Below are positions 35,744 to 44,764 of a DNA stretch of 64,000 bases, piece by piece (the first letter of the stretch is position 1; every line of letters begins with the position of its first letter). The notes below the pieces were generated by a model that searched no databases, was not told the origin of the DNA, and saw only the letters and a list, made by a program, of their open reading frames with translations. Source of the DNA: Faecousia sp. (lineage in GTDB: Bacteria; Bacillota; Clostridia; Oscillospirales; Oscillospiraceae); NCBI GenBank assembly GCA_051892295.1, contig JBJFGB010000009.1:2170-66169 (forward strand), given 5' to 3'. The translations under genes and the position numbers were made by a program.

Positions 35744-36621
35744 TGCTTCTCCCCTCCGTCAGAATAATAATGTAAGAAAATTTCCTCCAAGTCCGGCTCG
35801 GAAATCGAAATATCCTCCAGCCGCTGCCCTGCCAGCGCTTGCAGCAGATGATTGATATTGCCGCCGTAGAGGAAGCTCACGCCATGCTCCGTCGTCTGTA
35901 TATCCCGCAGCTCCGAAAGCGCGGACAGCTCTACCTTTCCTTGTAGGAGCACCCGTTTGGCATTCGTCTTTGCAAGCTTTTCCACACTGTCGCAGGCAAT
36001 GACGCGCCCCTCGCGGATGATCGCCGCACGGGTGCAATGGCGCTGCACCTCCGACAAAATATGTGATGAAAGAAATACCGTCATCCCCTCCGCGTTTCGC
36101 TCCTCGAGGATTTTGAAAAACTCCCGCTGCATCAGAGGGTCAAGTCCGCTTGTCGGCTCATCTAAGATACACAAGCGGGGCTGATGCTGCAGGGCGCAGA
36201 CGATGCCTACCTTCTTTCGATTGCCGAAGGACAGCTCCTCCACGCGTTTGGCAGTATCCAGCTCCAAACGTTCGCACAGGCGTTCCGCCTCCTCTTTGCA
36301 CTGCTTTTTCTGCAAATCAGCGGAAAAGCGAAGCACATCTCTGACGCGCATTCCCGTATAAAACACTGCCTCGGAGGGCAGATAGCCGACCTCGCGCAGA
36401 ATCTCCTCCTTCTGCAGGGAAATGTCTTTTCCAAAGACGGACGCGCTGCCGCTGTCTGCGCGCAACAGTCCCAAAAGCGTGCGGATGGTCGTGCTTTTCC
36501 CCGCCCCATTCGGGCCGATAAAACCGAAGAATTCACCCCTCTCCACCTCTAAATTTAAACCGGCAACGCCTCTTGCCTTTCCGTAAAATTTAGTCAGATC
36601 TCGAATCTCAATCGCTTTCAT
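35740..36621 (-). CDS. ABC transporter ATP-binding protein
   Basis: GPNGAGKST, LSFGNRKK, ILDEPTSGLD. Start at ATG 36621 (MKAIEIRDLTKFYG), overlapping the TetR stop (ATGA). Confidence 0.9.
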   Translation of the reverse strand: MKAIEIRDLTKFYGKARGVAGLNLEVERGEFFGFIGPNGAGKSTTIRTLLGLLRADSGSASVFGKDISLQKEEILREVGYLPSEAVFYTGMRVRDVLRFSADLQKKQCKEEAERLCERLELDTAKRVEELSFGNRKKVGIVCALQHQPRLCILDEPTSGLDPLMQREFFKILEERNAEGMTVFLSSHILSEVQRHCTRAAIIREGRVIACDSVEKLAKTNAKRVLLQGKVELSALSELRDIQTTEHGVSFLYGGNINHLLQALAGQRLEDISISEPDLEEIFLHYYSDGGEKQ

Positions 36622-37238
36622 ATTTCTCCCCCGTTTCTCAAATAGAGTTTCTTCCAAAATGCAATCATCTCCTTAAAGTCCCGCTCCATTTTCTCAACAT
36701 CGACCTGTCCGCTTTGCAGCATCTCCCAAAGGTAGCCCTCGGTCGCCAAATACATCTGCCGATACATTTGCTTGAGATCAAGTCCCGCGATAAAACGTTC
36801 CGGGTCAAGCCGTTCCAGCGCGCCGTTCGCCTTGATCCCCATAAACCGCGCGCAGCTTTCCTGAATTCTACCCCTGATCTCCGGATCTCTCTCGTAAAAT
36901 GCTTTGAGGCAAAATGCGCCGATGTAGGGATATCGCTGCATGATCCGCAGCTTTACTTTCAGACCGCGTTGCAGTATTTCAAACAGGTCCGTCTGCTCGT
37001 AGCAGCGCGCTTCCGTCAAGGCTTGCATCGTGAGTTCTGCGCAGGTGTCCCAAAGGAACAGATATAATTCCTGCTTATTCCGAAAATAGTAGAAGAGCAA
37101 GGATTTACTGATCCCGGCCTCTGCCGCAATCTCCCTCACCGGACTTTTCTTGTAGGCATTCTGCGAGAAGACGCGATAGCCTGCATTCAGAATCGCCTGC
37201 TGTTTTTCTTGCGGAAGATCATAGAACTTGTCATTCAT
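36618..37238 (-). CDS. TetR/AcrR-family transcriptional regulator
   Basis: HTH SPVREIAAEAGISKSLLFYYFRNKQELY. Start at ATG 37238 (GGGGAGGAG RBS). Confidence 0.9.
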   Translation of the reverse strand: MNDKFYDLPQEKQQAILNAGYRVFSQNAYKKSPVREIAAEAGISKSLLFYYFRNKQELYLFLWDTCAELTMQALTEARCYEQTDLFEILQRGLKVKLRIMQRYPYIGAFCLKAFYERDPEIRGRIQESCARFMGIKANGALERLDPERFIAGLDLKQMYRQMYLATEGYLWEMLQSGQVDVEKMERDFKEMIAFWKKLYLRNGGEI

Positions 37239-37261
37239 GCTGTCTCCTCCCCTGACCGCTG

Positions 37262-37291
37262 CGGTCAACTCTCATTATACACCATTGACCG
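37262..37291. promoter_or_regulatory. candidate TetR operator straddling the -10 of the tetR-ABC operon promoter
   Basis: CGGTCAA-N16-TTGACCG inverted repeat. The minus-strand TGTATAAT extended -10 (37281..37274) lies between the arms. Confidence 0.5.
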
Positions 37292-37460
37292 TTTTTGAGA
37301 AGACCCTTTTCGGAGAAAGCTTATAAAAAGTCGAAGGGCAAAAAAGACGATATCTCTTTTGTTGAATCTGGTCTTATTAATAATTATGAAATTGGGTATT
37401 TTAAAAATACCAGAATGTGATAAAATCTTTGCATTATCGTAAAAACACAGGAGGATAATC

Positions 37461-38336
37461 ATGGAAAAGACAAGATACGACCTGAATAAGGAATTGGCGC
37501 AGATGCTCAAGGGCGGCGTCATTATGGATGTTACCACACCGGAGCAGGCGAAGATCGCTGAGGCGGCGGGCGCTTGCGCAGTTATGGCTTTGGAGCGCAT
37601 TCCTGCGGATATCCGCGCAGCAGGCGGCGTTTCCCGCATGAGCGACCCGAAGATGATCCGCGGCATTCAGGAGGCGGTTTCCATCCCGGTCATGGCAAAG
37701 TGCCGCATCGGTCACTTTGTGGAGGCGCAGGTATTGGAAGCCATTGAGATCGACTATATCGACGAGAGTGAGGTGCTCTCCCCTGCCGACGATGTGTATC
37801 ACATTGACAAAAAGCAGTTTAAGGTTCCCTTTGTCTGCGGCGCGAGAGATTTGGGAGAGGCACTGCGCCGCATCAACGAAGGCGCGTCGATGATCCGCAC
37901 CAAGGGTGAACCGGGCACGGGCGATGTAGTGCAGGCGGTGCGCCATATGCGGGCGATGAACGCCGAGATTCGCCGCGTGCAGAATTTGCGTGAAGATGAG
38001 CTGTACGAGGCTGCAAAGCAGCTTCAGGTGCCGACGGAGCTGCTGCGCTATGTCCATGACAACGGTCGTCTCCCGGTCGTCAACTTCGCCGCCGGCGGCG
38101 TGGCGACGCCTGCCGATGCCGCGCTGATGATGCAGCTCGGCGCAGAGGGTGTGTTTGTCGGCTCCGGCATCTTTAAGTCCGGCGATCCCGCCAAGCGTGC
38201 TGCCGCAATCGTGCAGGCCGTAACCAACTACACCGACGCCAAGCTGATCGCGGAGCTGTCCACCGATTTGGGGGAGGCCATGGTTGGCATCAATGAGAAT
38301 GAAATCGCCCTGCTGATGGCAGAGCGGGGGAAATAA
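37461..38336 (+). CDS. pdxS: pyridoxal 5'-phosphate synthase lyase subunit PdxS
   Basis: [33 protein letters not shown].. is near-invariant PdxS sequence; 291 aa. Confidence 0.97.
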   Translation: MEKTRYDLNKELAQMLKGGVIMDVTTPEQAKIAEAAGACAVMALERIPADIRAAGGVSRMSDPKMIRGIQEAVSIPVMAKCRIGHFVEAQVLEAIEIDYIDESEVLSPADDVYHIDKKQFKVPFVCGARDLGEALRRINEGASMIRTKGEPGTGDVVQAVRHMRAMNAEIRRVQNLREDELYEAAKQLQVPTELLRYVHDNGRLPVVNFAAGGVATPADAALMMQLGAEGVFVGSGIFKSGDPAKRAAAIVQAVTNYTDAKLIAELSTDLGEAMVGINENEIALLMAERGK

Positions 38337-38337
38337 A

Positions 38338-38898
38338 ATGACGGTTGCCATTTTAGCCCTGCAGGGAGCGTTCGTAGAACACGCCGCCATGCTGGAACGG
38401 CTGGGTGCAGCGCATTTTGAGATCCGCCAAGCGCGCGATTTGGAGCGCCCTTTTGACGGGTTGATTCTCCCCGGCGGTGAAAGCACGGTAATGCGAAAGC
38501 TCCTGCACGATCTCGAACTGTTTGAACCGCTGCGGGAACGGATTGCAGACGGCATGCCGGTATTCGGTACCTGCGCAGGACTGATCCTGCTTGCAAAAGC
38601 CGTAGACGGCGGCGTTCCCTGCTTTGCAACGATGGACATTGCCGTCAAGCGCAACGCTTACGGCCGCCAGTTGGGCAGCTTCTATGCGGAAGCGGAGTGC
38701 AAGGGCATCGGCACAATCCCCATGACCTTTATCCGCGCGCCGTATATCGAGAGTGTCTCCGGCGATGCCGAAATCATGGCAACCGTAGACGGCAATATTG
38801 TAGCGGCGCGGCAGGGAAATCAGCTTGTGACGGCATTCCACCCGGAGCTGTGCGAGGATCTGTCGATTCACCGTTGCTTCTTAGAGATGATCAAATAA
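38338..38898 (+). CDS. pdxT: pyridoxal 5'-phosphate synthase glutaminase subunit PdxT
   Basis: ILALQGAF.EH, GTCAGLILL catalytic Cys, FHPEL; 186 aa. Confidence 0.95.
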   Translation: MTVAILALQGAFVEHAAMLERLGAAHFEIRQARDLERPFDGLILPGGESTVMRKLLHDLELFEPLRERIADGMPVFGTCAGLILLAKAVDGGVPCFATMDIAVKRNAYGRQLGSFYAEAECKGIGTIPMTFIRAPYIESVSGDAEIMATVDGNIVAARQGNQLVTAFHPELCEDLSIHRCFLEMIK

Positions 38899-38917
38899 AT
38901 GAAAGGAGCCAAAAGCA

Positions 38918-39475
38918 ATGATACCGTCACCGGAAGAAGCGTGGGCTTTGCTCTGCGAATATAATCAGGGAGAATTTCATCGGAAGCATGGGCGTATTGT
39001 GGGCGATGTGCTTCGCTGGTACGCCGACGAGCTGGGCTACGGCGAGGAAGCGGATTTTTGGGAGGCGGTCGGGCTTCTGCACGACCTCGACTTTGAGCAA
39101 TGGCCGGCGGAGCACTGCATCAAGGAGCAGGAGCTTCTGCGTCAGCGGGGCATTGACGAGCGTTTGATTCACGCCGTGGCAAGCCATGGGTATGCCTTGA
39201 CCGTGGATATTGCTCCGGAGCACGAGATGGAGAAGGTGTTATACGCTGCAGACGAGCTGACCGGCTTAATTGGCGCCGCAGCCCTGATGCGTCCTTCCAA
39301 AAGCGTCAGTGATCTGGAAGTCAAGTCCGTCAAGAAAAAGTATAAGGACAAAAAATTTGCCGCCGGCTGCTCGCGGGAAGTGATTGAGCGCGGCGCAGCC
39401 ATGTTAGGCTGGGAGCTGGACACGCTGATGGAGAAGACCATCCAGGCAATGCGCGCAAGCAGTGCTGTCGATTGA
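38918..39475 (+). CDS. HD-domain metal-dependent phosphohydrolase
   Basis: H..HD motif (GLLHDLD) and a later AD pair. 19 nt after pdxT and sharing its terminator. Confidence 0.8.
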   Translation: MIPSPEEAWALLCEYNQGEFHRKHGRIVGDVLRWYADELGYGEEADFWEAVGLLHDLDFEQWPAEHCIKEQELLRQRGIDERLIHAVASHGYALTVDIAPEHEMEKVLYAADELTGLIGAAALMRPSKSVSDLEVKSVKKKYKDKKFAAGCSREVIERGAAMLGWELDTLMEKTIQAMRASSAVD

Positions 39476-39492
39476 AATGCAGCCTTCTTTTG

Positions 39493-39530
39493 AAATTGCG
39501 AACCCGTGTATCCACCGGGTTCGCAATTTT
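39493..39530 (+). terminator. intrinsic terminator of the pdxS-pdxT-HD unit
   Basis: AAATTGCGAACCCG..CGGGTTCGCAATTTT. Confidence 0.85.
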
Positions 39531-39715
39531 AGGGATAGAGAGTTCATTTTCTAAAATTTTTGAAAAACCATGGAACCATCCGCCGCCTTTACCGTCTATA
39601 GGTCGGCGAACATATGAAACACATGCATCCTGCGCCTGTTTTGCAAGAGCTTTCTGTCTCGGCAGGTACATGACTTCACGCGGCTGTTTCGGAAACATCT
39701 GTCACACGGTATTGC

Positions 39716-39744
39716 TTGACAAAGCGGATGTTATGGGGTAGAAT
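39716..39744 (+). promoter_or_regulatory. sigmaA-type promoter of the lipoprotein gene
   Basis: TTGACA (39716-39721), 17 nt spacer, TAGAAT (39739-39744). Confidence 0.7.
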
Positions 39745-39796
39745 ATGCGCCACGCGGCGTTTGCCGCTCATATCTTAACAATTTAAGGAGAAAACT

Positions 39797-40372
39797 ATGA
39801 AAAAGATCATTGCACTGCTGCTGGCAGCGATTTTGATGCTCAGCCTCGCCGCCTGCGCCGAAAGCAAGCCCGAAGCGACGGAAGACACTTCTTCCTCCGA
39901 AACGACCGCCCCCACGGAGACCTCAACCGAGACGCCGACCGAGACCACCGAGGAGCCTTCCGTCAGCACGGACGCTGACACGCTCGGTCAGACGCTGCGC
40001 GCGGCTTTTCTCGATGCGATGGATACGAACCCTGAAGCGACCACCCTTGAAATCGCTGAAACGCTGATCGGCAATCCGGCAATCCAGTTTATGCCTGTCA
40101 CCGAGCCGATTGTTCCCGGCTACCTGCCAGGTTTCTCTGCCGATATCGACGGTTTTGCCGATGGCACGATGTTCGCACCGATGATTGGCTCCATTGCCTT
40201 TGTCGGTTACATCTTCCGTCTGGATGAGGGCGCAGATGTTGACGCGTTCATGCAGACGCTCACCGACAACGCCGATCCTTCTTGGAACATCTGCGTCACC
40301 GCTGAGGAGACCGTGGTCGAGCATGTCGGCAACACTGTCTTCTTCGTGATGTGCCCCGGCGACGCCACCTAA
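39797..40372 (+). CDS. uncharacterised lipoprotein with T/E/S-rich linker
   Basis: Lipobox LSLAAC, TETSTETPTETTEE linker, and a globular C-terminal part of about 130 aa with no motif I recognise. Confidence 0.7.
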   Translation: MKKIIALLLAAILMLSLAACAESKPEATEDTSSSETTAPTETSTETPTETTEEPSVSTDADTLGQTLRAAFLDAMDTNPEATTLEIAETLIGNPAIQFMPVTEPIVPGYLPGFSADIDGFADGTMFAPMIGSIAFVGYIFRLDEGADVDAFMQTLTDNADPSWNICVTAEETVVEHVGNTVFFVMCPGDAT

Positions 40373-40385
40373 GATACGCTTTCAT

Positions 40386-40418
40386 AAAAAAGGACGCGGC
40401 AACAACCGCGTCTTTTTT
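40386..40418 (+). terminator. intrinsic terminator
   Basis: AAAAAAGGACGCGG-CAACAA-CCGCGTCTTTTTT. Confidence 0.85.
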
Positions 40419-40444
40419 GCTAAAGGAAAGGATGGTGAAACGAA

Positions 40445-41845
40445 GTGCTTTTTTCAAGCATCCCGTTTCTCTACTATTTTCTCCCCTGTGTACTGCTGCT
40501 CTATTTTCTCGCGCCGAAACGACTCAAAAACGCGGTACTTCTGCTTGCAAGCCTTGTATTCTACGCATGGGGTGAGCCGATTTACGTCCTGCTGATGGCA
40601 GGGTCTATCGTGACGGGCTATGTGCTCGGGCTGCTGATTGAAAAATTTCGCGCAAAACCGCTCGGGAAGCTTTTTTTAATTCTCTCTGTCGCAATCAGTC
40701 TCGGGTTGCTGGGCTATTTTAAGTACGCGGACTTTTTCGTTGCGAACTTCAACGCCGTCTTTGGGCTGTCCGTTCCGCTTCTCAGAATCGCGCTTCCCAT
40801 CGGCATCAGCTTTTACACCTTCCAGCTTTTGAGCTACACGATTGATGTCTATCGCGGCACCGTCGCGGCGCAGCGGAATTTCATCACGCTGGCTGCCTAT
40901 GTCGCCATGTTCCCGCAACTCATTGCGGGTCCTATTGTCCGCTATTCCGATGTCGCCGCACAGTTGGCAAACCGCACACACAGCTTTGAGAAGATTGCCC
41001 TCGGCACTCGGCGCTTTATCCTCGGCTTGGCAAAAAAGATTCTAATTGCCAACGCCCTGGGCGAGCTGTGCGATATATTCCGCGCCTCCGGCGATAAATC
41101 CGTTCTCTTTTACTGGCTGTACGCCATTGCCTTTACCCTGCACATCTACTTCGATTTCTCAGGCTACAGCGATATGGCAATCGGACTCGGCAAACTTTTC
41201 GGCTTTGACTTTCCGGAGAACTTCCGCTATCCGTATATTTCCGCAAGCATCACGGAATTTTGGCGGCGCTGGCACATCTCCCTCGGGTCGTGGTTTCGGG
41301 ACTATGTGTATATCCCGCTGGGCGGCAACCGTGTCGGTAAGGCAAAATGGCTGCGAAATATCCTCGTTGTTTGGCTTTTGACCGGCTTTTGGCACGGCGC
41401 GGCTTGGAATTTTATCGTCTGGGGTCTGCTGTTTGCCGTCCTCTTGGTCATTGAAAAGCTTTGGCTGCATAAGCCGCTGCAAAAATCGAAGATTCTGAAG
41501 CATTGCTATGTGCTGTTTTTCGTGATCCTGAGCTTTGTCATCTTCAACGCCGCTGACATGAAGCAGGCGCTTTCCGACCTCGGCGCGATGTTCGGCATGG
41601 GGAAGCTGCCGCTTTACTCTGCGGAGTGGAGCTATTATCTGCGCAGCTATGGCGTGATCCTCGCGCTTGCGGTCGTTGGCGCGACTCCACTGCCGCAAAA
41701 GCTGATTGCGGTCATGCGGCGGAGCAAAACGGGAGATAAGGTTTTCTGTTTTGCGGAGCCGTTGATGCTTGCGGCGCTGCTGCTGATCATGACCGCTTAT
41801 CTTGTGGACGGTTCCTTCAACCCGTTCCTCTATTTCCGTTTTTAG
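40445..41845 (+). CDS. MBOAT-family O-acyltransferase (AlgI/DltB/PatA-like)
   Basis: GTG start, MLFSSIPFLYYFLP.., conserved His region (..FWRRWHISLGSWFRDYVYIPLGGNR..), about 11 TM. Confidence 0.9.
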   Translation: MLFSSIPFLYYFLPCVLLLYFLAPKRLKNAVLLLASLVFYAWGEPIYVLLMAGSIVTGYVLGLLIEKFRAKPLGKLFLILSVAISLGLLGYFKYADFFVANFNAVFGLSVPLLRIALPIGISFYTFQLLSYTIDVYRGTVAAQRNFITLAAYVAMFPQLIAGPIVRYSDVAAQLANRTHSFEKIALGTRRFILGLAKKILIANALGELCDIFRASGDKSVLFYWLYAIAFTLHIYFDFSGYSDMAIGLGKLFGFDFPENFRYPYISASITEFWRRWHISLGSWFRDYVYIPLGGNRVGKAKWLRNILVVWLLTGFWHGAAWNFIVWGLLFAVLLVIEKLWLHKPLQKSKILKHCYVLFFVILSFVIFNAADMKQALSDLGAMFGMGKLPLYSAEWSYYLRSYGVILALAVVGATPLPQKLIAVMRRSKTGDKVFCFAEPLMLAALLLIMTAYLVDGSFNPFLYFRF

Positions 41846-41855
41846 GAGGTGCCGC

Positions 41856-42962
41856 ATGAACGAAAAACATCGGAGTATTTTTCTGACCGCCGTAATCGCA
41901 GCGCTTCTGTTTGGGCTTTCCTTTTGGGCACGGCTGAAGCCCGCTGACCGTTTTTCCGAGAGTGAGCGCCGTGTTTTGCAGTCTTTTCCGGAGTTGAACG
42001 CAGACACCCTTCGCACGGGCAAATTCATGGACGAATTTGAAAGCTATACGCTCGATCAATTCCCCTGCCGCGACGGTTTCCGCTCCCTCAAGGCACTCTC
42101 GGTCTTCCGTCTGTTTCAGCAGAAGGACAATAACGACCTGTTCATCGAAGACGGCTATGTCTCAAAGCTCAACTATCCCCTGCGAGAGGAGATGCTTGAC
42201 CACGCGGCCGACCGTTTTCAATATCTCTACGATAACTATCTTTCCGGAACAGACACAAAGCTCTATTTCTCCATCGTGCCGGATAAGAGCTGTTTCCTTG
42301 CAGGCAAAAACGGCTATCTCAGCCTTGATTATGAGGAATTGATCGCAAAAATGCGCGAAAAAACGCCTTATTTGGAGTATGTTGATATTTTTGACGAGTT
42401 GAGTCTGCAAAACTACTACCGCACCGATACCCACTGGCGGCAGGAGACGCTGCTGCCCGTTGCAAACAAGCTTGCATCGGCGATGGGTTGCAGTCTCTCT
42501 GCGGAATATGAGACGCAGACGCTTTCCGAACCATTTTACGGCGTCTACACCGGGCAGTCCGCCCTTCCGCTTCGGCCGGACACGCTCTCCTATCTGACAA
42601 ACGATATTTTGGAGGGCTGCACCGTCACAAGCTATGACACCGGCGCACCGCAGCCCGCCGAACTGTACGACCTCTCCGCCACAGCAAGCGCCGATCCCTA
42701 TGAACTGTTCCTCAACGGCGCGGATGCCCTCTTGGTCATTGAAAATCCCGCTGCCGAGACCGACCGCGAGCTGGTCGTATTCCGCGATTCCTTCGGCAGC
42801 TCCCTTGTCCCGCTGCTCGTGGAGGGCTATTCCAAGGTCACACTCGTCGATATCCGCTATCTCAACTCCGCATATCTCGGCAGCTTTGTGGAATTCGACA
42901 ATCAGGATGTGCTTTTCCTTTACAGCACGCTCCTGCTGAATGACAGCCTTTCGCTGAAATAA
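41856..42962 (+). CDS. DHHW-family protein (AlgJ/AlgX/PatB-like partner of MBOAT)
   Basis: N-terminal TM, YYRTDTHW motif. Start at ATG 41856 (GGAGG RBS), 10 nt after the MBOAT stop. Confidence 0.8.
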   Translation: MNEKHRSIFLTAVIAALLFGLSFWARLKPADRFSESERRVLQSFPELNADTLRTGKFMDEFESYTLDQFPCRDGFRSLKALSVFRLFQQKDNNDLFIEDGYVSKLNYPLREEMLDHAADRFQYLYDNYLSGTDTKLYFSIVPDKSCFLAGKNGYLSLDYEELIAKMREKTPYLEYVDIFDELSLQNYYRTDTHWRQETLLPVANKLASAMGCSLSAEYETQTLSEPFYGVYTGQSALPLRPDTLSYLTNDILEGCTVTSYDTGAPQPAELYDLSATASADPYELFLNGADALLVIENPAAETDRELVVFRDSFGSSLVPLLVEGYSKVTLVDIRYLNSAYLGSFVEFDNQDVLFLYSTLLLNDSLSLK

Positions 42963-43016
42963 TCGTGTAGGAGGCTGACGATGATTGCGTCAGCCTCCTA
43001 CACGATCTTATTTTTT
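42962..43016. terminator. bidirectional terminator between the DHHW gene and htrA
   Basis: ATCGTGTAGGAGGCTGACG..CGTCAGCCTCCTACACGAT, a 19-bp perfect stem followed by a T-run. Confidence 0.85.
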
Positions 43017-43026
43017 AATTCTCTAC

Positions 43027-44517
43027 TCAATTACCGAAGCCGAAGCCCCAAGGGAAGTAGCCCTGTGATTCTGTTGTGGTCTCCTGCTCGTCCGTATTGC
43101 CGATTGCGGATTGCACCTGCTCCCCGACTGTTACGGTCAGTTCCAGTGTCTCGCCCTGACGATAGACTGTCAGCTTCAGCTTATCGCCGACAGCGGCTGC
43201 CTTAACATACTTCACCAGCTCGCTTTGACCGCTGATCTCCTCACCGTTCACGGCAGTGATAATATCGTTGGTCTTCAGACCCGCCTTTTCCGCAGGACTG
43301 CCTTCCACGACACCCTTAATTGCAGCGCCCTTCGGCAAACCGTAGCTTTGCATCTCCTCACTGACATCCGACACAGTAACGCCGATATAAGGCTTAGCAA
43401 TATAACCGTTTTCAATGATGCTCTCTACGATGGAACGCACGGAATTGATGGGAATCGCAAAGCCGATATTGTCAATCGACGCTTCGGACATCGAGTTGGA
43501 AGAATACTTTGCATTGGTGATGCCGACAACCTCACCGTAGAGGTTGAACAGTGCGCCGCCGGAGTTGCCGGAGTTAATCGCGCAGTCCGTTTGCATCAGG
43601 TTCATGGTCGTGCCGCCCGAGAGGGTGACCTCACGATCCAGTGCGCTGATGGCACCCTGCGTCAGGGAGAAGGTCAGCTCACCCAGCGGGTTGCCGATGG
43701 CAACGACGGGATCACCGACATTCATGTTGTCGGAGTCGCCCAGCACAACCGGTGTCAAGCCCTGTGCTTCAATCTTCAAAACCGCGATGTCATTGCTTGC
43801 ATCGTAACCGATCAGGGTTGCATCATAGGATGTGCCGTCATACATCGTCGCTTTGATGGAGTTAGAGCCTTCCACGACATGGTAGTTTGTCAGAAGATAA
43901 CCATCCTCCGTCAGAATGAAGCCGGAACCGGACGCTGCGGAGGTAGTTTGATAGCCCCAGTAGTTTGTGGTAATCGAGGTCGTAATACCAACCGTTGAAT
44001 TGACGTTTTCGGCATAGACCTCTGCGGCGGTCTTCATCTCGTTTGTATCGACCCGCACCGTGTTAATGACATTCGTCTCGCGCTCGCCTTCATAGACCAC
44101 GGAGGTATTTCCCTTAACGGTCGTTTCCTCGTCAGCCGCAAGGTGATTGCCCAGCAATGCGCCGCCGAAGCCCATCGCGCCGCCGATGATCGCGCAGCAC
44201 AGCCCCAGTGCAACGACCTTGCCTGCACCAAAGCCCTTCTTCTCCTTTTTCGGCTTTTGCGGCGCGGGAGGGCTCGGCTGCGACCAACCATTGTTCTGCG
44301 CATAGCCGCTGTAATTCGGCGTGTATGTCTGATAAGTCGGCTGGCTGTAGCTCGGATAGCTGCCGGCGTTGTAAGACGGATAGGATTGCTGTTCCTCCGC
44401 CGTAGGCTGATACGACGATTCCTCCGCAGTGTGATATGGTTGCTCCTCAGCCTGCGGCTGCGGTGTCTCCTCTTCCGGTGCTCCCTGCTGCTCATCAAAA
44501 TCAAAGTTTTCAGACAT
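43027..44517 (-). CDS. htrA: HtrA/DegP-family serine protease (trypsin domain plus PDZ), membrane anchored
   Basis: GNSGGAL catalytic serine motif, C-terminal PDZ, one TM, and a Q/P/Y/S-rich cytoplasmic N-terminus of about 95 aa. Confidence 0.9.
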   Translation of the reverse strand: MSENFDFDEQQGAPEEETPQPQAEEQPYHTAEESSYQPTAEEQQSYPSYNAGSYPSYSQPTYQTYTPNYSGYAQNNGWSQPSPPAPQKPKKEKKGFGAGKVVALGLCCAIIGGAMGFGGALLGNHLAADEETTVKGNTSVVYEGERETNVINTVRVDTNEMKTAAEVYAENVNSTVGITTSITTNYWGYQTTSAASGSGFILTEDGYLLTNYHVVEGSNSIKATMYDGTSYDATLIGYDASNDIAVLKIEAQGLTPVVLGDSDNMNVGDPVVAIGNPLGELTFSLTQGAISALDREVTLSGGTTMNLMQTDCAINSGNSGGALFNLYGEVVGITNAKYSSNSMSEASIDNIGFAIPINSVRSIVESIIENGYIAKPYIGVTVSDVSEEMQSYGLPKGAAIKGVVEGSPAEKAGLKTNDIITAVNGEEISGQSELVKYVKAAAVGDKLKLTVYRQGETLELTVTVGEQVQSAIGNTDEQETTTESQGYFPWGFGFGN

Positions 44518-44566
44518 GATTATCGCTCCTTTGTTTTTTGTTTATGCCAAAATTATACGCGCGAAA

Positions 44567-44583
44567 GCTGAAGCAAAGCTGAA
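44567..44583 (-). promoter_or_regulatory. direct repeat TTCAGC-TTTGC-TTCAGC overlapping the -35 of the htrA promoter (TATAAT at 44557..44552)
   Basis: Read directly on the minus strand; 11-bp periodicity typical of OmpR-family binding sites. Confidence 0.45.
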
Positions 44584-44699
44584 AAATACGGAAACAATTT
44601 GTGAACAATGCCGTTTCGCTTCCGCTTGTTACACGCATCTTAACACACAAAACTTAAAATGAACTGAAAAAAATAAGAAAAAACAGGAAGAACCAAAAT

Positions 44700-44734
44700 T
44701 TCAGCTTCATTTCAGTTGTACGAAGTATTATAAT
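44700..44734 (+). promoter_or_regulatory. direct repeat TTCAGC-TTCAT-TTCAGT plus TATAAT (44729-44734): promoter of the two-component operon
   Basis: Same repeat with the same 11-bp spacing as at the htrA promoter, in mirrored orientation. Confidence 0.45.
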
Positions 44735-44764
44735 GTACAGTATACCACATCGGAGGCGATTTGC

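Noticed and set aside
37434-38654. 406-aa ORF on the minus strand
   Set aside because: It is antisense to pdxS/pdxT, which are near-invariant proteins on the plus strand.
41159-44571. Long ORFs 41159-42028 (-), 43111-43998 (+), 44034-44504 (-) and 44143-44571 (+)
   Set aside because: These are antisense to, or alternative frames of, the MBOAT/DHHW and htrA genes. The ORFs in the htrA N-terminal region only reflect its low-complexity Q/P/Y codons.
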